From NCBI GenBank assembly GCA_039961715.1, contig JABRVW010000100.1, positions 3,333-67,332 on the forward strand: 64,000 bases of DNA, written 5' to 3'. Of the stretch, positions 47,336 to 55,605 are shown one piece after another (the stretch's first letter is position 1; each line of letters opens with the position of its first letter). A program made the position numbers and the translations under genes. The notes below the pieces were generated by a model. It made no database searches, was not told the origin of the DNA, and saw nothing but the letters and a program-made list of their open reading frames with translations. This DNA is from Ignavibacterium sp. (GTDB lineage Bacteria > Bacteroidota > Ignavibacteria > UBA10030).

Positions 47336-47365
47336 GAGATGGTCCTTCTGCAATTCCAGGGACAA

Positions 47366-48265
47366 TCAACGGTGTCGCTTGTCGAGGATAAGCTCGAGGA
47401 TGCGCTCAAGATCGTCACCCGAAAAATACTCAATGATAATCTCGCCGCGTCCCCCGGCCTTGCCCCGGATCTTCACCTTCGTTCCCAGCGTCCTCTTCAG
47501 CTGTTCCTCTGCATGATGCGCATTCACGCCGTGATGGGCGTGGGAACGCGACGGCTTGCTTTTTTTCGAGCGCACCGTCCGTTCGACAGCCCGCACGTTC
47601 ACGCCTCCGCTGACGATTTTTTCGTACAACTGGAGCTGTTCCTTCTCGCCGTCCACGCTGAGCAGGGCCCTGGCGTGGCCCATGGTCAGTTTTCCGCTGC
47701 GCAACCCCTCCTTAATCCGCTCAGGAAGCTTCAGCAGGCGGAGGAAATTGGCCACGGTCGAGCGGTCTTTGCCGACCTTCCGGGCCACTTCTTCCTGCGT
47801 GACGTTGAACTCGGCAATCAGCCGCTGGTACGCGTGTGCAATCTCGATTGGATTCAGCTCTTCCCGCTGAATGTTCTCAACGAGGGCAAGCTCCAGCAGT
47901 TCGGTCTCAGACCTGACATCCACGATGTAGGCCGGAATCTGCGTCAGGCCGGCCCGCTGGGCCGCGCGCAGGCGACGTTCACCGGATACGAGCTGGTACT
48001 GATCCTCGAGCCGCCTGACCGTGATTGGCTGGATGAGGCCCTTCTCCACGATCGAACGCCCCAGCTCGTCGAGCGATTGCGGATCAAAATCCGTCCGCGG
48101 TTGATACGGGTTCGGCTTGACGCGGTCAACCTCAATGCTGGCCATGATGCCGACGCCCCCGCGGTCCTGCGCCACTTCCCCGTAAATGCTGACCTCCTTC
48201 TGGGCAGTTTTTGGGATCAAGGCGCTCAGGCCTCGCCCCAGGACGGACTTTCGCTGGGTGGTCAT
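47366..48265 (-). CDS. parB: chromosome partitioning protein ParB
   Basis: LGRGL.ALI, NPYQPR, GERR.RAA box II and an HTH region. Confidence 0.9.
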   Translation of the reverse strand: MTTQRKSVLGRGLSALIPKTAQKEVSIYGEVAQDRGGVGIMASIEVDRVKPNPYQPRTDFDPQSLDELGRSIVEKGLIQPITVRRLEDQYQLVSGERRLRAAQRAGLTQIPAYIVDVRSETELLELALVENIQREELNPIEIAHAYQRLIAEFNVTQEEVARKVGKDRSTVANFLRLLKLPERIKEGLRSGKLTMGHARALLSVDGEKEQLQLYEKIVSGGVNVRAVERTVRSKKSKPSRSHAHHGVNAHHAEEQLKRTLGTKVKIRGKAGGRGEIIIEYFSGDDLERILELILDKRHR

Positions 48266-49065
48266 GAGGAGGATGAGACTCCGGTGAATGAGCTTTCGAC
48301 GTGCTTGCCGCGCTTGGCAAGGATTTCCTTGGCAAGCTCCATGTAATTGCGGGTGCCGGACGACAAGGCATCATACAGAATAATCGGTTTGCCGAAGCTC
48401 GGGGCTTCGCTGAGCCTGATGTTCCGCGTCACCAGGGTCTTGAACACCTTGTCTCCAAAATACCGCTTCACTTCCTCATAAATCTGATTCGAAAGACGGA
48501 GGCGCGAATCAAACATGGTCAGCAAAACGCCCTCAATGTCGAGGTTCCTGTTCAGATTCTTCTTGACCATGTTGATCGTATTGAAAAGCTGTCCCAGTCC
48601 CTCCAGGGCAAAGTACTCGCACTGCACGGGAATGAGGACCGAATCCGCCGCGGTAAGGGCATTCAGCGTGAGCAAACCGAGCGACGGCGGACAATCCACG
48701 ACAATGAATTCGTAATCGTCTTTGATGGCCTGGATGGCGTCTGCCAGCCGATGCTCGCGTCGGTCCAGATCCACCATCTCAATTTCCGCACCCACCAGAT
48801 TGATGTGCGAGGGGAGGACGGAGAGGAACGGTACCTGGGTCTCAACAACCGTGGCGTCCGCTTTGGCACCACCAACGAGCACCTGATAGATGGTCTTTCC
48901 GTCAGCCGGCGTCAGGCCAACACCGCTTGTCGCATTCGCCTGCGGATCAATGTCGATCAGGAGGGTCTTGCGCTCGGCAACGGCTATGCACGCCGCAAGG
49001 TTGATGGCGGTTGTCGTCTTGCCGACGCCGCCCTTTTGATTCGCTATGACGATGATCTTGCCCAT
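48262..49065 (-). CDS. parA: chromosome partitioning ATPase ParA/Soj
   Basis: Deviant Walker [14 protein letters not shown]. The start is taken at MGKII (49065). Confidence 0.9.
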   Translation of the reverse strand: MGKIIVIANQKGGVGKTTTAINLAACIAVAERKTLLIDIDPQANATSGVGLTPADGKTIYQVLVGGAKADATVVETQVPFLSVLPSHINLVGAEIEMVDLDRREHRLADAIQAIKDDYEFIVVDCPPSLGLLTLNALTAADSVLIPVQCEYFALEGLGQLFNTINMVKKNLNRNLDIEGVLLTMFDSRLRLSNQIYEEVKRYFGDKVFKTLVTRNIRLSEAPSFGKPIILYDALSSGTRNYMELAKEILAKRGKHVESSFTGVSSSS

Positions 49066-49069
49066 CGAA

Positions 49070-49576
49070 TCATGCCACTGCCATGCCGCCGGCGCATAGA
49101 ATGGTGAGAATGCCCAGAGCGATGGAACGCCGGATGAGGGTCTCCAGCGTGTGATCCCAGGCCTGCGTTGCTTCCGCATCTCCAAGCGAGGCCTCGATCC
49201 TGCGAACGACTCTCGCCGCCTGCCAGGACGTGAACAGGATCAGGAGGAACAGAAGGACTTTGACGGCCAGGAGCTGTGTCCACAGCGTGGATACATTGAA
49301 CCCAAGAAACCTTGGACTGAGCACAGCCATGAACACTCCGGTTGCCAGCATGGTCCACAGGCTTGACCAGAGAAACGGGAAAAACCGCCGTTGGAGAGCC
49401 ACCGATGACGGGGACGGCATTGCTCCCTGATGCCGAAGTACGGGATGGAGCACCGCGTTCATGAAAATCAGCCCTCCCGCCCACACGGCGGCGGACAGAA
49501 TATGCATGACGCGGGAGACCCAGAGGACAAAGTCCATTGTTGTTGGTTCGGAATATACCTCTTTTTCCCGGGCCAT
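49070..49576 (-). CDS. hypothetical integral membrane protein (4 TM, CopD-like pattern)
   Basis: Four hydrophobic helices. The stop lies 4 nt before the parA start. The family assignment is tentative. Confidence 0.4.
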   Translation of the reverse strand: MAREKEVYSEPTTMDFVLWVSRVMHILSAAVWAGGLIFMNAVLHPVLRHQGAMPSPSSVALQRRFFPFLWSSLWTMLATGVFMAVLSPRFLGFNVSTLWTQLLAVKVLLFLLILFTSWQAARVVRRIEASLGDAEATQAWDHTLETLIRRSIALGILTILCAGGMAVA

Positions 49577-49587
49577 GCAATGTGAAA

Positions 49588-50235
49588 TCAGCGTTTCGGA
49601 GGGGTGTCCTCCCTGAGCTTGATGCTGATCGACATCCCGGCACTGCTGGATCGTTCGATCGTCGTACGGTAAGTCGGCAAGCCTTGTACGTAATCCAGAA
49701 ACTCCCTGATCCCCGCCATGCGCATGAGCACGTTGTGCGCCGCAAAACAGCCGTTCACGACGATCCTGGGCGACAGGATCTCGAAATACTTCCTGTACCA
49801 GTCCTTGTCCGCATCGCTGAAGACGAAATCAAAAGGACCCTCCAGCGTCGGCACCAATTCGTGGGCATCGGCAAGCCGTGCATCAATAAAACGCGAGAGC
49901 CCTGCTTCCTCAAAGTTCCTGAGCGCCAGTTCGTACCGCCCGCGGTCAATCTCGATTGTCGTCACCTTGCCCCCCGTCTTGCTCAATGCCCAGGCAATCC
50001 AGATCGTCGAATGCCCCGTCGATGTCCCGATCTCCAGCGCCCTGGTGTAGCCGTTCTTCACAATGAGCTCATACAACACCTTTCCGTCGGCCTCCGGCAC
50101 ATTCATGTCCCGCCAGGTGCCGCGTCGCGAATCCAGGAACGCTCTCACGCGCGCGTCCAGATCAGACGAATCCTGACTCATCGTCACACTCATCGGAACA
50201 GCGGTCATCGCAATCATCACCACACTCTTCAGCAT
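49588..50235 (-). CDS. class I SAM-dependent O-methyltransferase (caffeoyl-CoA OMT-like) with signal peptide
   Basis: LEIGTSTGHS, FDFVFSDADK motifs and an N-terminal hydrophobic leader. Confidence 0.7.
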   Translation of the reverse strand: MLKSVVMIAMTAVPMSVTMSQDSSDLDARVRAFLDSRRGTWRDMNVPEADGKVLYELIVKNGYTRALEIGTSTGHSTIWIAWALSKTGGKVTTIEIDRGRYELALRNFEEAGLSRFIDARLADAHELVPTLEGPFDFVFSDADKDWYRKYFEILSPRIVVNGCFAAHNVLMRMAGIREFLDYVQGLPTYRTTIERSSSAGMSISIKLREDTPPKR

Positions 50236-50320
50236 CGAGTTTCTCCTTTCTCCCGATGAAGCTTCTATTTTTCCCTCATCCTTCCCTTCCATGATTCCAT
50301 TCCTTCTTCCCCATCCAGTA

Positions 50321-51250
50321 TCATTCAAATCTCTCACCTTCCGTCAGTCGTACCCCGCGAAGGAACTCAGCCACACTCATGCGTCTCCTCGATTCCTGCT
50401 GAATCTCCAGGACCGAGATCAATCCCTCCCCGGTCCCCACAACAAGGTCTGAGCCCTCCGCGCGCACAATGACCCCCGGCTCGGCCCCGGCGCCGGAGTG
50501 CTGTTCCACGAGCGACGTTCGGTACACCCGCATCATTGCGCCTTTGAGCATGCTCCAGGCACCGGGCACGGGAGAAAGTCCCCGGACAAAATTGTGCACT
50601 ACAGGGGCCTCCTTGCGCCAATCAATGCGACACTGTTCTTTTTGGATTTTGGGCGCCAGAGTGACCTCTCCTTCCTGTGGCCGGGCCTGTGCCTTGTCTT
50701 GTTCGATCAGCCTCACGGTTTGCAGAACGATTTCCGCCCCGACTTCGGCCAGCTTGTCGTGGAGCTCGCCGGCCGTTTCGTCAGGACCGATCTTCACACG
50801 GGCCTGCAGAATCACCGAGCCCGTGTCCACCGTCGGCTGGAGAAAGAACGTCGTAACACCGGTCTCGGTCTCCCCCCGAATAATGGCCCAATGGATGGGT
50901 GCGGCCCCGCGATACTTCGGAAGAAGCGATGCATGCAGGTTGAACGCTCCGCGCGAGGCCAGGGAATAGACCTCAGGCGGAAGAATTCTGAATGCAACGA
51001 CAACGATGACGTCGGGATGAAGGGATTGGATGGTGGAAATGAAGGATGGATCGTTGAGATTCCGGGGCTGGAGAACAGGAAGGGAATGCTCGAGTGCACT
51101 GCGTTTGACCGGACTATCCTGGACCTTCAGGCCGCGACCCTTCGGCATGTCGGGAACGGTGACCACGGAGACCACCGGATACTTGTGCTTGAGGAGGATC
51201 TCCAGGCTGGGGACCGCAAACTCCGGCGTGCCCATGAACACGATGCGCAT
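50321..51250 (-). CDS. fmt: methionyl-tRNA formyltransferase
   Basis: MRIVFMGTPEFAVP and HASLLPKYRGAAPI motifs. Confidence 0.92.
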   Translation of the reverse strand: MRIVFMGTPEFAVPSLEILLKHKYPVVSVVTVPDMPKGRGLKVQDSPVKRSALEHSLPVLQPRNLNDPSFISTIQSLHPDVIVVVAFRILPPEVYSLASRGAFNLHASLLPKYRGAAPIHWAIIRGETETGVTTFFLQPTVDTGSVILQARVKIGPDETAGELHDKLAEVGAEIVLQTVRLIEQDKAQARPQEGEVTLAPKIQKEQCRIDWRKEAPVVHNFVRGLSPVPGAWSMLKGAMMRVYRTSLVEQHSGAGAEPGVIVRAEGSDLVVGTGEGLISVLEIQQESRRRMSVAEFLRGVRLTEGERFE

Positions 51251-51290
51251 GCGAACATCCCGTGATGGTGTGGGTTCACAAAGCGGAGGC

Positions 51291-51917
51291 TTATGCCTCC
51301 ACCCTTCCGGACTTCTTCGCAGCGCCGGCCGGAACAACCGGATAGGCCGCTTCCGTATCTCCCTTCCTGATCCTGCGCAGCTTGGGTTTCAGGAGGCTTC
51401 TCCCTGCTGTGGTCAAATGGTCGATGAACAGAATCCCGTCGAGATGATCGATTTCATGAAGGATCACGCGCGCCAGGAGGCCGTCAGCTTCAAGCTCGCG
51501 CGGCCTGAAATTGATGTCACGGAAGCGAACGAGAACCCTCTCGGCACGCTCAACGTCGGCACGGACATCCGGGATGCTCAGACACCCTTCTTCCACAACC
51601 CACTGCCCCGACTGTTGCATAACTTCGGGGTTCAGCATGACGAGCCGCGTGGGCCGGTCGGGATTCTTCTTTTCAGGGTCCGGAGCCTCGCCGTCTTCCC
51701 GTTCCTCTTCCACCCCCGTAATATCCACAACTATGATCCGATCCAGACTGCCGACCTGGTTTGCCGCGAGACCGATACCCGAAGCCTTGTGCATCGTCTC
51801 CATCATATCGTACGCAAGCTTGATCACCCCGTCGTTCAGCGAAGCGATGGGACGCGCTTTTTGCCGAAGAACATCCGTACCATAAAGAAAAATAGGAAGA
51901 ATGGACATTGCGTTCAT
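51291..51917 (-). CDS. def: peptide deformylase (with an acidic insertion)
   Basis: GIGLAANQVG, EGCLS, HEIDHL. An insertion of about 25 aa (EEEREDGEAPDPEKKNPDRP) follows motif 1. Confidence 0.9.
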   Translation of the reverse strand: MNAMSILPIFLYGTDVLRQKARPIASLNDGVIKLAYDMMETMHKASGIGLAANQVGSLDRIIVVDITGVEEEREDGEAPDPEKKNPDRPTRLVMLNPEVMQQSGQWVVEEGCLSIPDVRADVERAERVLVRFRDINFRPRELEADGLLARVILHEIDHLDGILFIDHLTTAGRSLLKPKLRRIRKGDTEAAYPVVPAGAAKKSGRVEA

Positions 51918-51982
51918 TGAGAGGTTTCAGACCAAAATGTACAACAGGCCGCTGTGGGATGCAAGGTTTCCGGAACGGATCA

Positions 51983-52609
51983 TCATTGTGCGCCCGTGAT
52001 GATTCTGCGGGCGCCGGTGTAGCGGGTCTTGTAGTATGAACTCTCGAGCGATGAGATGGTCACCCCCAAACTGACGCTGGCGTGTGCAAACAGATCGTCA
52101 CCGAGATAAATGCCCACATGCGACGCGGGAGCGCCCGTCGTGTTGAAGAAAACAAGGTCGCCGAACTTAAGGCTGTTGAACGGAACAGGAACTCCTACAC
52201 GGTACTGCTCCTCGGCGCTTCGGGGAAGAGGCCGACCTATCGATTCCTTGAACACTACCAGCGTGTACCCCGAACAGTCCATGCCCTTCGAATCCGCTCC
52301 GCCATAGTGGTAGGGGACTCCCATATACCTGGAGATCGCCCGCATGATCTTGCTCTGATCAAGAGGCGTTATGGCCGGATTCTTTTCCGTTCGGAAGTCT
52401 CTGGTTCCCGAAAGAACCTCCCCCACAGTCTTCGGATCGGGCTTTTTGTCGTCCTCTTTCCGCTCCTCGTGTGCCTCCCGCGAAAATCTCGGAGAGTTCC
52501 TTCGGGAAGCCTCCCCTCCATTCGTGCTTCCGTTTCCGAAACGCGGTGACGAGGGCCCGCAGGCCTCGACGATAAACGCCGCCACCAGCACAAGAATCAC
52601 ACTCCGCAT
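51983..52609 (-). CDS. NlpC/P60 (C40) peptidoglycan endopeptidase lipoprotein
   Basis: Lipobox VEAC, the catalytic Cys context GMDCSGY, and HVGIY. Confidence 0.8.
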   Translation of the reverse strand: MRSVILVLVAAFIVEACGPSSPRFGNGSTNGGEASRRNSPRFSREAHEERKEDDKKPDPKTVGEVLSGTRDFRTEKNPAITPLDQSKIMRAISRYMGVPYHYGGADSKGMDCSGYTLVVFKESIGRPLPRSAEEQYRVGVPVPFNSLKFGDLVFFNTTGAPASHVGIYLGDDLFAHASVSLGVTISSLESSYYKTRYTGARRIITGAQ

Positions 52610-52693
52610 CCGGAGAAGCAACGGGCGAGCGCGGCGAAGCCTCGACCCTCCCGGGGTGGATCGAGGCTTCGGCCGTTCTGATCGTGGTGGCAT

Positions 52694-53551
52694 CTATCCG
52701 AGATACGCCCGCAACGCCTTGCTCCGTGATGCGTGGCGCAGGCGGCGGATCGCTTTTTCCTTGATCTGGCGGACGCGTTCACGCGTCAGATTGAATTTCT
52801 CGCCGATTTCTTCGAGGGTCAGCGAGTGCTCCTGATCGAGGCCGAAATAAAGCCTGATCACCTGTGCCTCGCGCTCGCTCAGCGTTGCCAGAGCGCGCTT
52901 GACCTCGACCTTCAACGATTCATCCATCAGCGTCGAATCCGGCGACGGCTGACGCTGATCCTGAATCACGTCGAGAAGCCGGTTGTCCTCGCCCTGCGCA
53001 AACGGAGCGTCCATGGACAGGTGGCGCCCTGAAATTTTGAGAGTATCCGACACCTCGAAGAGCGACATGTCCAGCTCCTCAGCCAGCTCACTCGCGCTCG
53101 GCTCACGCTCAAACTCCTGCTCAAGCGTGCTGAACGCCTTGCCAATCTTGTTCAGCGCACCCACGCGGTTGAGCGGCAAGCGGACAATCCTCGACTGCTC
53201 GGCCAGAGCCTGCAGAATGGACTGACGAATCCACCAGACCGCGTAGGAAATGAACTTGAAGCCCCGTGTCTCATCGAACCTCTTCGCCGCCTTGATCAAT
53301 CCGAGGTTCCCCTCGTTAATGAGGTCCCCCAGCGACAGCCCTTGATTCTGGTACTGCTTCGCCACGCTCACGACGAACCGGAGGTTTGCCTTGGTGAGCT
53401 TCTCCAGGGCCTTCTGGTCCCCCTTCTTGATCCGACGGGCCAGGTCAATCTCTTCCTGCGGCGTCAGAAGCTCAACCTTGCCGATCTCCTGCAGATACTT
53501 GTCAAGAGACTGGCTCTCTCTGTTCGTATATTGTTTGCTGATCTTTACCAT
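52694..53551 (-). CDS. rpoD: primary-type sigma-70 factor, short form lacking region 1.1
   Basis: Regions 2-4 are intact ([45 protein letters not shown]). The 285-aa length is typical of the FCB-group primary sigma. Confidence 0.88.
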   Translation of the reverse strand: MVKISKQYTNRESQSLDKYLQEIGKVELLTPQEEIDLARRIKKGDQKALEKLTKANLRFVVSVAKQYQNQGLSLGDLINEGNLGLIKAAKRFDETRGFKFISYAVWWIRQSILQALAEQSRIVRLPLNRVGALNKIGKAFSTLEQEFEREPSASELAEELDMSLFEVSDTLKISGRHLSMDAPFAQGEDNRLLDVIQDQRQPSPDSTLMDESLKVEVKRALATLSEREAQVIRLYFGLDQEHSLTLEEIGEKFNLTRERVRQIKEKAIRRLRHASRSKALRAYLG

Positions 53552-53609
53552 GCAATCCTTCCATCCAATCTAGCGTCGTTCCCTACAACAACGTTTCGGG
53601 ACAAAAAAT

Positions 53610-53885
53610 TCACTTTTTCTCCGCAAGGTCAATCCGGTCCACAATCCCCACGATCGTCGCATCCACGGGCGCCATCTCCACCGGGAGCGGAATGACGGCC
53701 TCACGCGCCGTGATGTACAGGATGGTCTCGCCCGGACCCGCTCCTGCAACGTCCACCGCAACGATGGGGCTCCCTGCCTCTTCCCTCGACGCCGTCAGGG
53801 GTTGGACAAACTGAAGCTTGAACCGGCGCAGGTTCTCATCCTTGCGCGTAGCCCAGACGGTCCCTATGACCTTTCCAAGGAACAT
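53610..53885 (-). CDS. BMC vertex (pentamer) protein, EutN/CcmL family
   Basis: MFLGKVIGTVWATRKD... VAVDVAGAGPGE... PVDATIVGIVD matches the EutN/CcmL pattern. The start is taken at the internal Met (53885). Confidence 0.8.
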   Translation of the reverse strand: MFLGKVIGTVWATRKDENLRRFKLQFVQPLTASREEAGSPIVAVDVAGAGPGETILYITAREAVIPLPVEMAPVDATIVGIVDRIDLAEKK

Positions 53886-53889
53886 CCCG

Positions 53890-54159
53890 TCAATCCACAA
53901 CGTCCAGCTTGTCCACAACCGCCACAATGACCGCGTCCACCGGCTTGTTGCGGGTGACCGTGGTCTGCCTGGCCGAGCTTCCCGAGGTCACAAGCACGAC
54001 GTCCCCCACGCCGGCCTGAACCGTGTCCACGGCCACGACAAACGTATCCTTGAGTTTGTAGTCAAGCCCCACATGCTTCACAATCTGGAATTTCATCCCC
54101 ACAAGCTCTTCATCCTTGCGGGTCGCCCACACGGTTCCAACCACCTTTCCCAGAACCAT
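53890..54159 (-). CDS. BMC vertex (pentamer) protein, EutN/CcmL family (second paralog)
   Basis: MVLGKVVGTVWATRKD... AVDTVQAGVGDVVLVTSGSSARQ... PVDAVIVAVVD is the canonical EutN pattern. Confidence 0.82.
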   Translation of the reverse strand: MVLGKVVGTVWATRKDEELVGMKFQIVKHVGLDYKLKDTFVVAVDTVQAGVGDVVLVTSGSSARQTTVTRNKPVDAVIVAVVDKLDVVD

Positions 54160-54169
54160 AGGATCCTCG

Positions 54170-55354
54170 TCACTCGCCCATGACCAGCGAGAGAAAACTC
54201 TCTCCGGCCAGGCTGTTGGAAATGCCGAAATACTCCGCGACGGTCTTTCCGGCGTCGGAGAAACTGGAACGGACCCCCAGGTCAACACCGCGCTTTCCTG
54301 AGGGGCTAAAGCACAACACCGGGACGTACTCACGGGAATGATCCGTGCTCTGATCGGTCGGATCGTTGCCGTGATCGGCCATGATCAGAAGGAGATCATC
54401 CTTCCTGAGACAATCCAGAACGTCAGGGACGGCGCTATCGAATTCCGAAAGCGCCTTGGCAAATCCGGCGGCATCCTGGCGATGGCCGTAGAGCGTATCG
54501 AAATCGACCAGATTCGCCATAATGAATCCCCCGCGCCCGCTGCGCGCCTCCCGGAGGATCGTGTCAATGCCCTCACGGTTCGAGGTCGTATGAAAGGCCT
54601 GATCGATTCCCCTTCCGGCAAAAAGGTCGTCCACTTTCCCAACCGACACCGTCCGGATGCCGTTCCGTTGGAGGAGATCGAGAAGGGTCTCCTGCGGAGG
54701 CTCCAGGGAGAAATCCTTGCGGTTGACCGTTCGTTGAAACGCGCCTTCCGATCCCCTGAAGGGTCTTGCAATGACACGCCCCACCGCATGATCTCCCACG
54801 GCCACCTCTGCACGCGTGATGCGGCAAATCTCATAAAGCCGCGCGAGCGGAATCACATCTTCATGCGCGGCGATCTGAAAAACAGAGTCCCCTGATGTAT
54901 AGACAATCGGGTGTCCCGTTTGGACGTGCCTCGCACCAAGCTCGGCAATGATTTCCGTGCCCGACGCGCTCTTGTTTCCCAGGACTCCTCCGCACCCTGT
55001 CCGCTCAACGAACCGGTCAATCAACGCTCGCGGAAACCCGTTGGGATAGAGCGGAAACGGCTTTTCCGTTATGAGGCCTGCGATTTCCCAGTGCCCGGTC
55101 GTGCTGTCCTTCCCTTTCGACTGTTCGGCCATCCGTCCGAAGCATCCATTCACCGGACTTCGCGGATCCAGGCCCTGGGCGGGAGTGATACGGGCAAGCC
55201 CCAGCGCCTCAAGATGCGGAAGACGGATACCGCCGACAGCCCGTGCAACGTTTCCCAACGTGTGGGCTCCCTTATCGCCGTACGCAGGGGCATCGGGCAG
55301 CTCGCCGACGCCGACGCCGTCGAGCACCACCAGTATGACCGTGCGACCTGCCAA
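54170..55354 (-). CDS. deoB: phosphopentomutase
   Basis: VLDGVGVG, GKDSTTGHWE, ADHGNDPT motifs. The apparent start is TTG at 55354. Confidence 0.9.
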   Translation of the reverse strand: MAGRTVILVVLDGVGVGELPDAPAYGDKGAHTLGNVARAVGGIRLPHLEALGLARITPAQGLDPRSPVNGCFGRMAEQSKGKDSTTGHWEIAGLITEKPFPLYPNGFPRALIDRFVERTGCGGVLGNKSASGTEIIAELGARHVQTGHPIVYTSGDSVFQIAAHEDVIPLARLYEICRITRAEVAVGDHAVGRVIARPFRGSEGAFQRTVNRKDFSLEPPQETLLDLLQRNGIRTVSVGKVDDLFAGRGIDQAFHTTSNREGIDTILREARSGRGGFIMANLVDFDTLYGHRQDAAGFAKALSEFDSAVPDVLDCLRKDDLLLIMADHGNDPTDQSTDHSREYVPVLCFSPSGKRGVDLGVRSSFSDAGKTVAEYFGISNSLAGESFLSLVMGE

Positions 55355-55388
55355 CTACGTATTGAGATACGGGGAAAAAGGGGAAACG

Positions 55389-55583
55389 TTACGCGTAGAT
55401 TTCCTTTTCGTTGCACTTGCACACCTGCACGCGCTGACTGCTGAAGCGGTACGATTGGTGCGCGGAACGAACGGACTGGACATACAGGATCGGAACCCGG
55501 ATCGTGTTGCATTTCGGGCAACGCGATCCTCTCTCCTCGGTGCCTTTCTTCACTTTCTCTGCAAATGCCTGCTGCTTTGCCAT
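55389..55583 (-). CDS. small Cys4 zinc-ribbon-like protein (64 aa), no family recognised
   Basis: CPKC and CKC pairs. It sits 22 nt downstream of the GGDEF gene and 34 nt upstream of deoB on the same strand. Confidence 0.4.
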   Translation of the reverse strand: MAKQQAFAEKVKKGTEERGSRCPKCNTIRVPILYVQSVRSAHQSYRFSSQRVQVCKCNEKEIYA

Positions 55584-55605
55584 GCCTGAAACCTTTCGAA
55601 AAACG

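Noticed and set aside
46754-48346. 530-aa plus-strand ORF spanning the DUF5683, ridA and parB region
   Set aside because: It is antisense to three motif-supported genes and has shadow-ORF composition.
46384-49185. parS site near parAB
   Set aside because: Every CACGTG core I found by eye across the whole window lacks the TGTTTCAC/GTGAAACA arms. The near-matches at about 14161 and 16310 are not palindromic.
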